Positions 51,940-62,057 of a DNA stretch of 64,000 bases are shown here, piece after piece. The DNA lies in NCBI GenBank assembly GCA_947085505.1, contig CAMTWI010000004.1, forward strand, positions 1,800-65,799, written 5' to 3'. Within the stretch, counting starts at the first letter, position 1. Each line of letters begins with the position of its first letter. The translations under genes and the position numbers were made by a program. The notes beneath the pieces are model-generated. The model ran no database searches. It was not told where the DNA came from and saw nothing but the letters and a program-made list of their open reading frames with translations. The DNA is from an uncultured bacterium. GTDB lineage: Bacteria; Patescibacteriota; Minisyncoccia; Phycocordibacterales; Phycocordibacteraceae.

Positions 51940-54339
51940 CTATTTCAAATACTCAGCTGCTTCAAGTGGTGTAAGGGCATCGGCGTCCTGACTCTCCGGC
52001 AAGTAGATGCGACGAAGTCCTTTCTTCAAGAAGAGACCAGCTTTTGATTTGTAGAGCACGAGTGCCTTACCGGTTTTCGGATGTTTCCCGATCTCGCGTA
52101 CGATCTCGACGCCCTTGGGTGGACGCTTTGGTTCAGCAAGGACTTCTACCGCACGATCGAGCGTAACAGTATATGGGTCGTCTGCACCCTTGAGTGAACG
52201 GAACTCGCCGTCATGTCCCACATACGGACCAAACCTACCAACGTTCGCAATGATAGACTTTCCAGTTCCTGGATGATTGCCAAGCTCACGTGGAAGGGAA
52301 AGAAAATGAAGCGCATCAGCGAGCGTAACGGATGCGAGATCTGTTCCTGGCGGGATACTTGCACGTTTCAATGCTTTCTTTGGTCGTCCGCGCACTTTCT
52401 TGGGCTTGCCAGCCTTCGTAAGTTCAACAGGTGCCTCAACCTCAGGGAGCTCCATCTCAACGTATGGTCCGTAGCGTCCAGTCTTCACAAATATGGGAGC
52501 GCCGGTAACGGGATCCGTTCCAATCGGCTCGTCACCCTTGAGCTCCAATCCATCTTCCTGTCGTGCGCCTTCGCACTCAGGGTAGCGCGTACAGCTCATA
52601 AACACGCCTCCACGGCCGAGCTTGAACTCCATTGAGGCGCCGCACGTAGGACACGGGAAATCCTCAGATACAGGACCAAGCGAAGTTGCTTTCGGAAGCT
52701 TGTCTTTTGATGCAACCGCTTTTGAGAACGGTCCGTAGAACTCAGTGAGAGTTGTCTCATACCCACGTTCTCCTCGTGCGATCTCGTCGAGCTCATCCTC
52801 CATTTCGGCAGTAAAGGAGTCCGAGATGTATTCTGCGAAATGCTCTTCGAGCCATCCAGAGACAACCATACCGGTTGCGGTTGGGGTGAGGGTGCGTCCG
52901 GTCTTCTCGACGTAGCCACGATCTTGAATCGTTTTCATGATGCTCGCGTATGTAGACGGCCTGCCGATACCGCGCTTCTCAAGCTCCTTAACGAGCCCCG
53001 CTTCGGTGTAGCGGTTTGGCGGCTCAGTTTGCTTCTCGAGAGACCCGAGAGAGATAAGCGTAAGAGGCTCTCCTTCGTTAAGTTTAGGTAGCTCTACGTC
53101 TTCCCCGCGTGCGCGTGTGTCGCAGGCAAGCCATCCAGGGAACACGACACGTGACCCGTTTCCGGAGAAGAGCGGTATATCCGCATCTGCTTTTGCCTTA
53201 ACGCTCGTGCGCAACATCTGCGCTGGTTTCATTTGGCTTGCGAGCGCACGAGTGCGGATGAGTGCGTAGAGATTCTGTTCGTCTCCCGTTGCGCCTGCGG
53301 TTGCACGAGTCGGATCGGTTGGACGCACCGCTTCGTGTGCCTCCTGCGCATTCTTGCTCTTGGTCTTATACTCATGTCTCTCGGCATAGTCCTTGCCGAA
53401 TTCTTTCTCAACGGTCTCCAGAAGAACCGTCATTGCATCCTTTGATAGATTCACCGAGTCCGTACGCATGTACGTGATATGTCCAGCTTCGTAGAGCTTC
53501 TGTGCGGCACGCATGGTGCGGCTTGGCGAGAGACCAAGGCGTGTTGAACCTGCCTGCTGCAGTGTGGACGTCGTAAACGGGGGGCGTGGCTGGCGTTCTT
53601 CAGCACGTTCCTTCACTTCCGCAACAGTCCACGATGCAGTACGGCCGAGCGTCACAATACGCTCTGCTTCCTCTGCAGTCTTCGGTTCCTCAACGCAACT
53701 AGCGGGGAACTCGGCCTTTGCTTGTTTTGTGTCTGCTTTGAAGACGGCATCAAGAGTGAAATAGGTTTCAGGAATGAATGCCTGGATTTCACGTTCACGC
53801 TCAGCAAGGATGCGAAGTGCTGGAGACTGTACGCGGCCCGCAGACAGTCCGTACCGCACTTTCTTCCATATGAGACCTGAAAGGTCGTAGCCAACGAGGC
53901 GGTCAAGCACACGACGTGCTTCCTGGGCGCGACGTAGATGCTCATCGATTGCCCGCGGGTGGAGAAGGGCTTCTTCAACCGCAGCCTTGGTTATCTCATG
54001 GAAGACAACGCGCTGCGGCTTCTTTAGGCCCACCGCTTCCTTCACGTGCCAAGCAATAGCCTCGCCTTCGCGGTCCGGGTCAGTTGCAAGGAACACCTCG
54101 TCCGCTCGAGCGGCCGCTTTCTGTATCTTTTCGATAACCTCACGCTTGTCCGGAGAGATGACGTAGCGCGGAACAAACCCGTCTTCGATGTCCACGGCAT
54201 CCTTATTGCTCTTTGGAAGGTCGCGAACGTGACCCACGGACGCAAGCACCTCGTAGTCTTTTCCGAGGTACTGCTGGATGGTGCGCGCCTTGGCTGGCGA
54301 CTCAACGATAAGAAGTCTCTTAGTCATAGGTATACCCAC
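51940..54339 (-). CDS. topA: DNA topoisomerase I
   Basis: 799 aa. TOPRIM LLIVESPAKA, active-site region HITYMRTDS, C-terminal zinc ribbon (CPTCG..CTRYPEC) and repeated basic domains. The start may be ATG 54327. Confidence 0.95.
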   Translation of the reverse strand: MGIPMTKRLLIVESPAKARTIQQYLGKDYEVLASVGHVRDLPKSNKDAVDIEDGFVPRYVISPDKREVIEKIQKAAARADEVFLATDPDREGEAIAWHVKEAVGLKKPQRVVFHEITKAAVEEALLHPRAIDEHLRRAQEARRVLDRLVGYDLSGLIWKKVRYGLSAGRVQSPALRILAEREREIQAFIPETYFTLDAVFKADTKQAKAEFPASCVEEPKTAEEAERIVTLGRTASWTVAEVKERAEERQPRPPFTTSTLQQAGSTRLGLSPSRTMRAAQKLYEAGHITYMRTDSVNLSKDAMTVLLETVEKEFGKDYAERHEYKTKSKNAQEAHEAVRPTDPTRATAGATGDEQNLYALIRTRALASQMKPAQMLRTSVKAKADADIPLFSGNGSRVVFPGWLACDTRARGEDVELPKLNEGEPLTLISLGSLEKQTEPPNRYTEAGLVKELEKRGIGRPSTYASIMKTIQDRGYVEKTGRTLTPTATGMVVSGWLEEHFAEYISDSFTAEMEDELDEIARGERGYETTLTEFYGPFSKAVASKDKLPKATSLGPVSEDFPCPTCGASMEFKLGRGGVFMSCTRYPECEGARQEDGLELKGDEPIGTDPVTGAPIFVKTGRYGPYVEMELPEVEAPVELTKAGKPKKVRGRPKKALKRASIPPGTDLASVTLADALHFLSLPRELGNHPGTGKSIIANVGRFGPYVGHDGEFRSLKGADDPYTVTLDRAVEVLAEPKRPPKGVEIVREIGKHPKTGKALVLYKSKAGLFLKKGLRRIYLPESQDADALTPLEAAEYLK

Positions 54340-54388
54340 ACATACCGCGCATACCTATATATGGTCAAGCACGGGATATGCGCGAGGA

Positions 54389-55063
54389 TTATGAAAAGGG
54401 TTCGAAACCGAGCGTCTCAAGGATATCTTCAGAGCTTGTTATGAGCTCTGCACCAAGTCGAATGAACATATGTGGTCCCTCGCTATGTGGGTCACCAATG
54501 CGATGCGGTACGCACATGAGGTCGCGACTATATTCGCTCGCAAGGCGGGCGGTTATGAGCGTTCCTGAGCGCTCACCTGCTTCAATAACCAACACGGCGT
54601 CAGCCATCCCAACCATAATGCGGTTCCGTGAAGGGAAGTACTGGGGCCGTGCGGTGGTATCCGGTTCATGCTCAGAGAGAAGTGCACCGCCGGCAAGAAG
54701 GATCTCCTTTGCGAGTCCGAGATTGGTTTGTGGCGCTATAGCCTTGTCGCTGAGTCCTGACCCAGGAACAGCGATGGTATGAAGTCCTACGGAAAGTGCT
54801 GCCCGGTGCGCGCAGGCATCGGTACCAAGAGCGAGACCTGAGATGATGGATATCGGATAATCAGAAAGTCCTTGGATAAGTTTTTCGCATGTTGCTTCTC
54901 CATAGGGAGTGAGCGCGCGCGAGCCGACTACTACGAGCTTTTTCACGTCCGTGGCAGGAAGAGTCCCACGTATCCACAACGCAGAGGGCGGTTGTGGTAT
55001 CTCATTAAGAGCGCCGATACCTTCAGCTGAGTATGCACTCTTCACTATAGTGCGTATGTCCAT
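54389..55063 (-). CDS. dprA: DNA processing protein DprA (short form)
   Basis: Start moved to ATG 55063 because the longer ORF covers an upstream terminator. SGLALGTDACAHRAAL, FPSRNRIMVGMADAVLVIEAGERSGTLITA. Confidence 0.8.
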   Translation of the reverse strand: MDIRTIVKSAYSAEGIGALNEIPQPPSALWIRGTLPATDVKKLVVVGSRALTPYGEATCEKLIQGLSDYPISIISGLALGTDACAHRAALSVGLHTIAVPGSGLSDKAIAPQTNLGLAKEILLAGGALLSEHEPDTTARPQYFPSRNRIMVGMADAVLVIEAGERSGTLITARLASEYSRDLMCVPHRIGDPHSEGPHMFIRLGAELITSSEDILETLGFEPFS

Positions 55064-55134
55064 ATATATAAGTATGCGGCATACAGACACCGGAAAAGGG
55101 GCGTATCGGTATAACCGACACGCCCCCTTTTTGA

Positions 55135-55305
55135 TCACTTCCCGTCGCGCGGAAAGACGCTGCGTCCAGCGGATCGTCGCTGATGATCAATAATCCTGGC
55201 TTGCTCTTCAGGCGATAGCGCCTTGAATCTTGCAGCCCCCTGTTGGACGACCAGGTCGAACTCGTGATCCTGGTTCTGCGAAAGCATCATTCTCTTGGTT
55301 GCCAT
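55135..55305 (-). CDS. Possible 56-aa small protein
   Basis: Not in the ORF track. Sequence MATKRMMLSQNQDHEFDLVVQQGAARFKALSPEEQARIIDHQRRSAGRSVFPRDGK. SD GGAGAGGAAGG upstream. Followed by the hairpin GGGGCGT..ACGCCCC + TTTT (55095-55131). Confidence 0.3.
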   Translation of the reverse strand: MATKRMMLSQNQDHEFDLVVQQGAARFKALSPEEQARIIDHQRRSAGRSVFPRDGK

Positions 55306-55391
55306 TCACTATCCTTCCTCTCCCAACGTCTACCACAAAGATACCATGCGGTCCCTTTTCGGTAGAGGGATCCTGCCGTATAGTGCAAGGA

Positions 55392-56660
55392 ATGCTCGAT
55401 ATCCATTTCATCCGGGAGAATGCGGACGTGATTAAGATGGGCGCCGCTAAAAAGCATATTGCTATTGATATTGATCGTCTCCTTGTAGTAGACGATGAGC
55501 GCAAGTCGCTCCGCCAGCAGCTCGACGCTAAGCGCGCGGAGCAAAATCTTGCGAGTCGTACCATAGCGCTTTCAAGTGGCAATGAGAAAGAAAAACTCCT
55601 TGAGGCGATGCGTTTTGTAAAGGAGGGAATGCAGGAACTTGATGAGAAGCACAAAGCGGTCATGGAAGAATGGCAAAAGCTCATGCTTATGGTGCCAAAC
55701 ATTCCGGACATGACGGTACCCGAAGGCGAGAGCGATGCAGATAACCAGGAAGTTAAGAAGTGGGGTCAGCCAAAGGAATTTTCGTTCACACCAAAGGACC
55801 ATGTCGAGCTCATGACGAAGGCGGGCATGGCAGACTTTGAGCGCGGTACTAAGGTCGCGGGATTCCGCGGGTACTTCCTAAAGGGAGATGGCGTGCTTTT
55901 GAGTAACGCCATTTGGCAGCTCGCGCTGAAGCACTTTGCAGCGAAAGGTCTTGAGCCGATGATTGTGCCCTCTTTGGTTCGTCGCGAAGCATTTATGGGA
56001 ACAGGGTATTTGCCGCAGGGCGAGGAGGATCTCTACAAGACTCAAGACGGCGAGTATCTGGCGGGTACTGCTGAGGTTGCAACCATGGGGTACTACATGG
56101 ACGAGACCCTCGACAAGAGCGTGCTTCCTGCAAAATTCCTTTCCTTCTCTCCGTGCTTTAGGCGTGAAGCAGGTGCGCACGGCAAGGATGTGCGTGGTCT
56201 TATTCGCGTGCATGAGTTTTATAAGTGGGAGCAGGTTGTTTTGTGCGAAGCGTCGCACGAAGAGTCCGTAAAAATGCACGAGTGGTTGAATCGTAATACC
56301 GAGGAGTTTATCGAGCTTCTCAATATTCCGTACCACACGGTGGTTAATTGTGGCGGAGATCTCGGTCTCGGTCAGGTAAAGAAGTACGACATAGAACTGT
56401 GGGTCCCGGGTGAAGGGAAGTATCGTGAGATTAGCTCTGCATCCTACTTCCATGATTTCCAGACGCGTCGTCTCAATATTCGCTACCGTGCAGAAGATGG
56501 CACCATGAAGTTCCCCCACTCATTGAACTCAACCGCAATTCCTACGCCGCGCATCCTTGTCTCCATCGTTGAGAACTATCAGCAAGAAGATGGCACGATT
56601 CGCGTTCCTGAAGTCCTCGTCCCGTATGTCGGCAAAGAAATCCTGGGACATAGCGCCTAG
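55392..56660 (+). CDS. serS: Seryl-tRNA synthetase
   Basis: Start moved to ATG 55392 (MLDIHFIRENAD). N-terminal coiled-coil arm. Class II motifs FRREAG..G..R.HEF and GGDLG...KYDIELW..REISS. Confidence 0.95.
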   Translation: MLDIHFIRENADVIKMGAAKKHIAIDIDRLLVVDDERKSLRQQLDAKRAEQNLASRTIALSSGNEKEKLLEAMRFVKEGMQELDEKHKAVMEEWQKLMLMVPNIPDMTVPEGESDADNQEVKKWGQPKEFSFTPKDHVELMTKAGMADFERGTKVAGFRGYFLKGDGVLLSNAIWQLALKHFAAKGLEPMIVPSLVRREAFMGTGYLPQGEEDLYKTQDGEYLAGTAEVATMGYYMDETLDKSVLPAKFLSFSPCFRREAGAHGKDVRGLIRVHEFYKWEQVVLCEASHEESVKMHEWLNRNTEEFIELLNIPYHTVVNCGGDLGLGQVKKYDIELWVPGEGKYREISSASYFHDFQTRRLNIRYRAEDGTMKFPHSLNSTAIPTPRILVSIVENYQQEDGTIRVPEVLVPYVGKEILGHSA

Positions 56661-57627
56661 AGCGCGCTCAAAACTAAGTGAACCTGCGAAGACATCCTCT
56701 TCGCGGTCAACTCGTTCTATGGACATGCAGCGCCCGCGTGTTAAGGCGCCGGCCGCGTCTGTTCCCGTATCCAAACGCAATGTAACGATCACACGAGGTA
56801 AGAAACCCCGTACAGAGTCGCGCGAGCCGCTTAAGAAGCGTCGCAAGAAGACGCAGAAAGCATTCTTCGTTGCGGTGGGTATTTTAATTCTTGCCCTTGT
56901 TGCTGCTTCGTTTTATGTCGCATGGCTTCCTGCGTTTCGTATTAGTAGCGTAACGGCGAAAGGCCCTCATGCCGAGGAGGCACAGCGTCTTGCGAAGCGC
57001 ACGCTCGAGGGCACACATGCGTTTGTGCTTCCACGCAACTCGCTATTCTTCATTCCAGAAAGCGACGTGCGTGCGCGTATCCTTGCGGAGTACCCAGATA
57101 TCGAAGCGGTATCTATCTCTGCAAACGGTTTGAACGAACTATCCATAACAACCTTGCCCCGAGCAGAAGCGTTCGTGTGGTGTGGTACGTCTCAAGACGT
57201 TAGTGACGGTCAGTGTTACAGCACAAATGCTGAAGGGTTTATTTTTGCGCAGGTGCCACTTGAGATTTCTTCCACCTCAGAAGCGCTCCGTGTTTATGCG
57301 GGCATAGAAGGTCAACAGGGTGAGACTCCCATTGCGGCCCACATTAGCTATGCCTCCCGCATTCCCGAAGCACTGCGGTTTATCAAAGCCATTCAGACGC
57401 TTGGCGCGAATGTGGTATCGGTATCCTTCCGTGCAGATGAGGCGGATATCTATACTCAAGCTGGAACCCGCATTACCTACGTCCTCGGACGGGAGCAAGA
57501 AGCAGCTGGTATCGCGGCGAGTGTATTCCCGCAGTTATCCTTGAATGATGGGTCGGTATCATATGTTGATCTTAGATTCTCCGGGAAAGCGTATTTTAAG
57601 AGAACGAACGAGGTACCGATCGAGTAA
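56626..57627 (+). CDS. FtsQ/DivIB-like cell division protein (POTRA)
   Basis: Basic N-terminus, TM helix (AFFVAVGILILALVAASFYVAWL), POTRA-like FRISSVTAKG... The start is uncertain (ATG 56626 or 56719) and overlaps the serS end. Confidence 0.6.
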   Translation: MSAKKSWDIAPRARSKLSEPAKTSSSRSTRSMDMQRPRVKAPAASVPVSKRNVTITRGKKPRTESREPLKKRRKKTQKAFFVAVGILILALVAASFYVAWLPAFRISSVTAKGPHAEEAQRLAKRTLEGTHAFVLPRNSLFFIPESDVRARILAEYPDIEAVSISANGLNELSITTLPRAEAFVWCGTSQDVSDGQCYSTNAEGFIFAQVPLEISSTSEALRVYAGIEGQQGETPIAAHISYASRIPEALRFIKAIQTLGANVVSVSFRADEADIYTQAGTRITYVLGREQEAAGIAASVFPQLSLNDGSVSYVDLRFSGKAYFKRTNEVPIE

Positions 57628-57666
57628 ATAAAAAACCGGCGCCGAGAGATTAATCTCATGCGCCGG

Positions 57667-58149
57667 TTAGGCCTTTTTGGCAAGGCCGGGAACCAGCCCG
57701 TGTTTCTGTATGAATCTTTGATGTAGAGGCAAAAAGTTTTTCATACGCCGGTATTCAGAGAATTTGAAGAAGCGAACTTGCTCCATCGGGTCTAGGGTAC
57801 GTAGCGTTGTGACGTCATAGTCCTGAAGCTCAATGACGAAATAGTAGAGCTCGTAGAAATGCTTCTGCTTTACGCGTTGTCCCTTCTGGTGCTTGAGCGT
57901 CGATCGAGAGATGTGGTCCTGCACTTTGAAGGCACCCGGAGGTAGTTTAATCCCTGTTTCCTCCCAGAGCTCGCGCGATGCGGTCTCTTCTATGGAAAGC
58001 TCGTACGGTTCCCGCTTTCCGCCGGGATTGTGCCACGGTCCCAAGGTTCCATCTTTTCTTCGCTTACGCACGGCAACAAGGCCACCTCCAATTCTCATGA
58101 AGATGGCGACTGACCAGTCGAACGGTTCGGTCATGACGCACTCCTTCAC
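57667..58149 (-). CDS. Nudix hydrolase
   Basis: 160 aa. GGKREPYELSIEETASRELWEETGI matches the Nudix box G-x5-E-x7-REUxEExGU. Confidence 0.8.
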   Translation of the reverse strand: MKECVMTEPFDWSVAIFMRIGGGLVAVRKRRKDGTLGPWHNPGGKREPYELSIEETASRELWEETGIKLPPGAFKVQDHISRSTLKHQKGQRVKQKHFYELYYFVIELQDYDVTTLRTLDPMEQVRFFKFSEYRRMKNFLPLHQRFIQKHGLVPGLAKKA

Positions 58150-58238
58150 TGTCCTGTCCCGAAGCGGAACATCTGGTGAAACTTTACTCCTGCCATTCTA
58201 TATTGTCGAATAAAGCCAGGAACGGTAGGATAGCGCGT

Positions 58239-59213
58239 ATGGAATCGTTCTGGACTGGGCTTGCGAAGCACTTTTTCGTACTCGCGCCTATGGCGGACGT
58301 AACCGACGCTGCCTACCGGAAGCTCATTGCAAGCAAGGGGAAGCCGCACGTTACCTGGACTGAGTTTGTCTCGGCAGATGGTTTGTATTACACCCGCGAG
58401 AAGAAGGGTATTCCAGACGACGAGAACCCGCTCATGCGAGATCTGAAGTTTACGGATGCAGAGCGTCCTATTGTTGCGCAGCTCTTTTCCTCGAACCCCG
58501 AGACCATGAGCTATGCGGCAAAGCTGTGCAAGGAGCTCGGCTTTGATGGTATCGACATAAATATGGGATGTCCTGACAAATCGATTGAAAAGCAGGGATG
58601 TGGCGCCGCAATGATAAAGAATCCGGAGAAGGCGCGAGAGATAATCGCTGCTGCGCGCGAAGCGGGACTTCCCGTTTCCGTGAAGACGCGTATCGGCTAC
58701 AACACAGAAAGTATCGACGAGTGGCTAGGGATGCTTCTTCAAGAGAATCTTCCGGCACTAACGGTGCACCTGCGAACGCGCAAGGAGATGTCGAACGTAC
58801 CAGCACACTGGGAGCTCATGCCGCGTGTTGTAGCGCTTCGCGATACAATCGCGCCTCAAACGCTTATTATCGGGAACGGCGACATTGTAGACCTTAAGGA
58901 TGCGGAAGAGAAAGTTCGTACTAGTGGTTGCGATGCAGCTATGATCGGGCGCGGCATATTTGGAAATCCCTGGGTATTTGCAGGGCGCTCAACTGATGAC
59001 ACTACCCCTAGAGAGCGTCTTGAAGCTCTCATTGAGTTTGCATATGCATTTGAAGCTATGCAGCCTGCGAAATCTTTTCATTTGGTGCGTAAACACGTAA
59101 AAGCGTTCGCAACAGGCTTTGAGGGCGCCGCTGAGCTCCGTGCGAAGCTTATGGAGACCAGTTCTGCCGCCGCTATGGAGGGGGTCCTGCGCGAGCACGG
59201 GCTCCTGGTATAA
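58239..59213 (+). CDS. dus: tRNA-dihydrouridine synthase
   Basis: Start moved to ATG 58239. LAPMADVTDAAYR, GFDGIDINMGCP (catalytic Cys), VKTRIG. Confidence 0.85.
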   Translation: MESFWTGLAKHFFVLAPMADVTDAAYRKLIASKGKPHVTWTEFVSADGLYYTREKKGIPDDENPLMRDLKFTDAERPIVAQLFSSNPETMSYAAKLCKELGFDGIDINMGCPDKSIEKQGCGAAMIKNPEKAREIIAAAREAGLPVSVKTRIGYNTESIDEWLGMLLQENLPALTVHLRTRKEMSNVPAHWELMPRVVALRDTIAPQTLIIGNGDIVDLKDAEEKVRTSGCDAAMIGRGIFGNPWVFAGRSTDDTTPRERLEALIEFAYAFEAMQPAKSFHLVRKHVKAFATGFEGAAELRAKLMETSSAAAMEGVLREHGLLV

Positions 59214-59221
59214 TTGGTGCC

Positions 59222-60253
59222 ATGGCACACCAGTCCCTCTATCGCGCATATCGTCCTTCTACATTCAAGGATGTTATAGGCCAGGACCAGATAGTGAGAC
59301 CGCTTGAGGATCAGATTAAAAGCGGAAAGGTAGGGCATGCATATCTCTTTGCGGGGTCCCGTGGACTCGGGAAGACCTCTATTGCACGCATATTCGCGCG
59401 AGCGCTCAAGACTGACGAGCGAGATATTGTTGAGCTCGATGCTGCGTCAAATAACGGTGTTGACGAGGTTCGTGCGTTGAATGAGAGCGTGCATACGCTT
59501 CCCTATAATTCAGAACGGAAGGTCTATATCCTCGACGAGGCCCATATGCTCTCAAAGAGCGCCTGGAATGCATTCCTAAAGACACTTGAAGAGCCTCCTC
59601 AACACGTGGTTATTATCCTTGCGACCACTGAACTTGAGAAAGTGCCTGAGACCGTCCGTTCTCGCTGCCAGGTATTTCAGTTTAAGAAGCCGTCGCGGTC
59701 TGGCCTTGCGAAGCTTGTGCTTAATGTTGGCAAGAAGGAGGGCTACTCGATTGAGCCTGCTGCTGCAGATCTTATTGGCATGCTTGGAGACGGCTCGTAT
59801 CGCGACGCGCTCTCGGTGCTTGAGAAGGTGCTCGCATCATCTACGGACAAGACACTTACTCGTGAAGACACAGAGAAGGCGACAGGCGCACCCCGTCATG
59901 CGCTTGTGCACAATCTGGTGTCGGCCCTTTCCGAAGGGAATCAATCAAATGCACTTGCAACCATTCGAACGGTCTCAGAGCAAGGAATCGATATGCCGTT
60001 GTATCTAGCGCTCGTACTTGAGTATGTGAGGCAGATACTTCTTCTTCGTCATGCACCGGAGCTTGTTAAAGAAATTCAGGAGGAACTCGGAGAGGATGCA
60101 TATACAGAAGCCTCGGATCTTGCGTCGGCAAAGGACTCACAATTGTCGCACGAGACACTCCGGACCTTTCTTGATGCAATGGGTCGTATGCGTTTCTCGC
60201 CAGTGCCCTCGCTACCTCTCGAGCTCGCTGTTCTTGAGCTCGCACGCTCATAA
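59222..60253 (+). CDS. dnaX: DNA polymerase III subunit gamma/tau (short form)
   Basis: 343 aa. FKDVIGQDQIV, HAYLFAGSRGLGKTSIARIFARAL, YILDEAHMLS, SRCQVFQF. Confidence 0.85.
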   Translation: MAHQSLYRAYRPSTFKDVIGQDQIVRPLEDQIKSGKVGHAYLFAGSRGLGKTSIARIFARALKTDERDIVELDAASNNGVDEVRALNESVHTLPYNSERKVYILDEAHMLSKSAWNAFLKTLEEPPQHVVIILATTELEKVPETVRSRCQVFQFKKPSRSGLAKLVLNVGKKEGYSIEPAAADLIGMLGDGSYRDALSVLEKVLASSTDKTLTREDTEKATGAPRHALVHNLVSALSEGNQSNALATIRTVSEQGIDMPLYLALVLEYVRQILLLRHAPELVKEIQEELGEDAYTEASDLASAKDSQLSHETLRTFLDAMGRMRFSPVPSLPLELAVLELARS

Positions 60254-61170
60254 TGCTGAAATACCTAAAACCATTCTTTACCTATCTTGTGCCAGTTTTC
60301 GCGGTTGCGCTTCTAGCGTACGTTGCGCTTGGGACGAACGGTCTTTCTTTATTCAATCCTTTCTATAAGCCATGCGCAGAACCGCTTGGGTACGCAATTG
60401 ATGGTTATGACGAGCGCTTCGGTATCTCTCAGGAAGAATTTGCCGCCGCCGTTGCAGAAGCAGCAGCACTTTGGAACGACGCAGCTGGAATACAGGTACT
60501 CGCTCTAAGCGCTGAACCATCTATCTTTGTGGGTATGCTCTATGACGAGCGGCAGAGAGCGGTTGAGCTTGGCGAAACTATAGGCGGAGAGCAAGGAGCC
60601 TATAATTCCTTAAAGATGGAAGTAGAAAGACTGAATGACGAGTTCGTTACACTCCGTAGGTCTCATGAAGCAAAAGCCACTTCGTTTGAGCGAGACGTTC
60701 GCAAATATGAAGAAGAGGTTCAGATGTGGAATGCAAAGGGAGGTGCACCACCAGCAGCGTATGAAGAGCTTGAGGCAAAGAAGCGAGAGCTTGAGCGCCG
60801 GAAAAAGACGCTTGATGCTGGGGTAGCAACACTCAACAGTCTTATTGCGGCGATTCAAGAGCGGGTAACGCAGCTCAATGTACTTGCTGATCAAACCAAC
60901 GAAAAGGTGAATACGTATAACAAAACCCTTGGCCATGATTTTGATCAAGGAAATTATGTTGAAGATGAGGCGGGGAGGCGCATTACGATCTTTACGTTTG
61001 AAGATCGTATGGAGTTGAAGCGTGTGCTTGCGCATGAGTTCGGGCATGCGCTTGGTATTGGGCATCTTGAGGACCCGGGTGCCATTATGTATTCCTACAA
61101 TATCGGGAATGAACTTGTCTTAACCGCAGAAGATGTCGCGGCACTTAAAGAAGTCTGCGAGATTGAGTAG
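60253..61170 (+). CDS. Membrane-anchored metzincin-type zinc metalloprotease with coiled-coil insert
   Basis: 305 aa. N-terminal TM. HEFGHALGIGH..DPGAIMY is HExxHxxGxxH plus a Met-turn. Central heptad-rich segment. Confidence 0.7.
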   Translation: MLKYLKPFFTYLVPVFAVALLAYVALGTNGLSLFNPFYKPCAEPLGYAIDGYDERFGISQEEFAAAVAEAAALWNDAAGIQVLALSAEPSIFVGMLYDERQRAVELGETIGGEQGAYNSLKMEVERLNDEFVTLRRSHEAKATSFERDVRKYEEEVQMWNAKGGAPPAAYEELEAKKRELERRKKTLDAGVATLNSLIAAIQERVTQLNVLADQTNEKVNTYNKTLGHDFDQGNYVEDEAGRRITIFTFEDRMELKRVLAHEFGHALGIGHLEDPGAIMYSYNIGNELVLTAEDVAALKEVCEIE

Positions 61171-61215
61171 CTTGCGAGAGAAGTGATTTGCAGGCAGGAT
61201 TAACGGTGTGCGCAT

Positions 61216-61286
61216 TGGGAGATCGTCTAATGGTAGGACAGCGGCCTTTGAAGCCGTGAATCTAGGTTCGATCCCTAGTCTCCCAG
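61216..61286 (+). tRNA. tRNA-Gln (UUG)
   Basis: TGGGAGATCGTCTAATGGTAGGACAGCGGCCTTTGAAGCCGTGAATCTAGGTTCGATCCCTAGTCTCCCAG. Anticodon loop CTTTGAA. Confidence 0.9.
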
Positions 61287-61307
61287 CAATCTTGATACAA
61301 TTTCCTT

Positions 61308-61580
61308 ATGGCAACCGTAACTAAGAAGATTGATTCTGAATGGTTTGAGATGATTCTCTCAGGGAAGAAGAAATTTGAGCTGCGCCTCGCAGACTTTGAG
61401 TTTGCTGAAGGCGATACACTTCGCCTTGAGGAATGGAGTGGCGAAGGAGCTAGTCGTGCACCAACAGGAAGGTTTGTTGAAAAGGTCGCTACCTATGTTC
61501 GCAAGCCTGATCTAAAAGGTTGGCTAGAACAGCAGCCTGAACTAATGGAGAAATCATTCTACGTGATTCAGTTTGATTAA
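61308..61580 (+). CDS. ASCH/DUF3850-like (PUA-fold) small protein
   Basis: 90 aa. WFEMILSGKKKFELRLADFEFAEGDTLRLEEW fits the DUF3850 pattern (F..I.SG.K.FE.R..D..F..GD.L.L.E), recalled. Confidence 0.65.
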   Translation: MATVTKKIDSEWFEMILSGKKKFELRLADFEFAEGDTLRLEEWSGEGASRAPTGRFVEKVATYVRKPDLKGWLEQQPELMEKSFYVIQFD

Positions 61581-61604
61581 CGTTACTAGCTTAGACAAAG
61601 CAAA

Positions 61605-61630
61605 GGGCCGGCTCTCTGAAGAGCCGGCCC
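61605..61630. terminator. Bidirectional terminator between convergent genes
   Basis: GGGCCGGCTC-TCTGAA-GAGCCGGCCC. Confidence 0.7.
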
Positions 61631-61636
61631 CTGCGC

Positions 61637-61969
61637 TTATGCGCTTGCCATCACTTTCGGCACCCGGGCGGCGAGTTCGTCGCCAGACATATCAAGTTCT
61701 TCGGCGAGCTTCAGAACGTTGACGAGCATTTTGGTCGTAGCGACCTTGAGGGCCTCTTCGTCCATTTGCCCGCCATGGTCTGCAGCTTCAGCTTCGGCTG
61801 CGATCTTTCCGACTGACTTCATCATGTGAAGCGCACTGTGCCGGACAGCAAAAAGCAGTTTCTGCTCGTCCGAAAGTCGATCGTAGCCCGGGTAGTGTTC
61901 TTCGGTAAAAGTGTAGCGTTCCCCAATGAAGGCCATTAGGGAAGAAAGGTCTGCTGTTGGTGCGCTCAT
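61637..61969 (-). CDS. MazG-like all-alpha NTP pyrophosphohydrolase-like protein
   Basis: 110 aa, GC-rich. HSALHMMKSVGKIAAEAEAADHGG...KMLVNVLKLAEELDMS resembles the MazG-like helix pair (recalled). SD GGAGGG. Confidence 0.5.
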   Translation of the reverse strand: MSAPTADLSSLMAFIGERYTFTEEHYPGYDRLSDEQKLLFAVRHSALHMMKSVGKIAAEAEAADHGGQMDEEALKVATTKMLVNVLKLAEELDMSGDELAARVPKVMASA

Positions 61970-62017
61970 TACGCCCTCCGTTGTTTCTAGACAGAACGTA
62001 GCATATGTTGCAAAAAG

Positions 62018-62046
62018 GTTCCAACATCGTCCCAGATTGCCAGCAA
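62018..62046 (+). repeat. 29-nt pseudo-tRNA-Gln-3'-end repeat, copy 1
   Basis: GTTCCAACATCGTCCCAGATTGCCAGCAA, preceded by CAAAAAG. TATAGA hexamer lies 34 nt from the repeat start. Confidence 0.8.
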
Positions 62047-62057
62047 TAAAGTATAGA

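Noticed and set aside
55208-55711. 167-aa ORF antisense to the start of serS, and the long N-terminal extension of serS (55230..).
   Set aside because: The serS homology begins at MLDIHFIRENAD (ATG 55392). The upstream part is Pro/Arg-rich. It overlaps a better-supported 56-aa minus-strand ORF and its terminator.
62018-62046. The repeat core as a standard sigma70 -35 element, an ECF-type GGAAC/CGTC promoter, or a 23S-derived GAACUGAAACAUCUAAGUA segment.
   Set aside because: - The position 23 nt upstream of the TAnnnT hexamer reads CGTCCC, not TTGACA-like.
- The GGAAC (reverse strand) to CGT spacing is 19 nt and is not conserved among copies.
- Similarity to the 23S motif is limited to AACAUC, and the intervening 33 nt match only 10/33.
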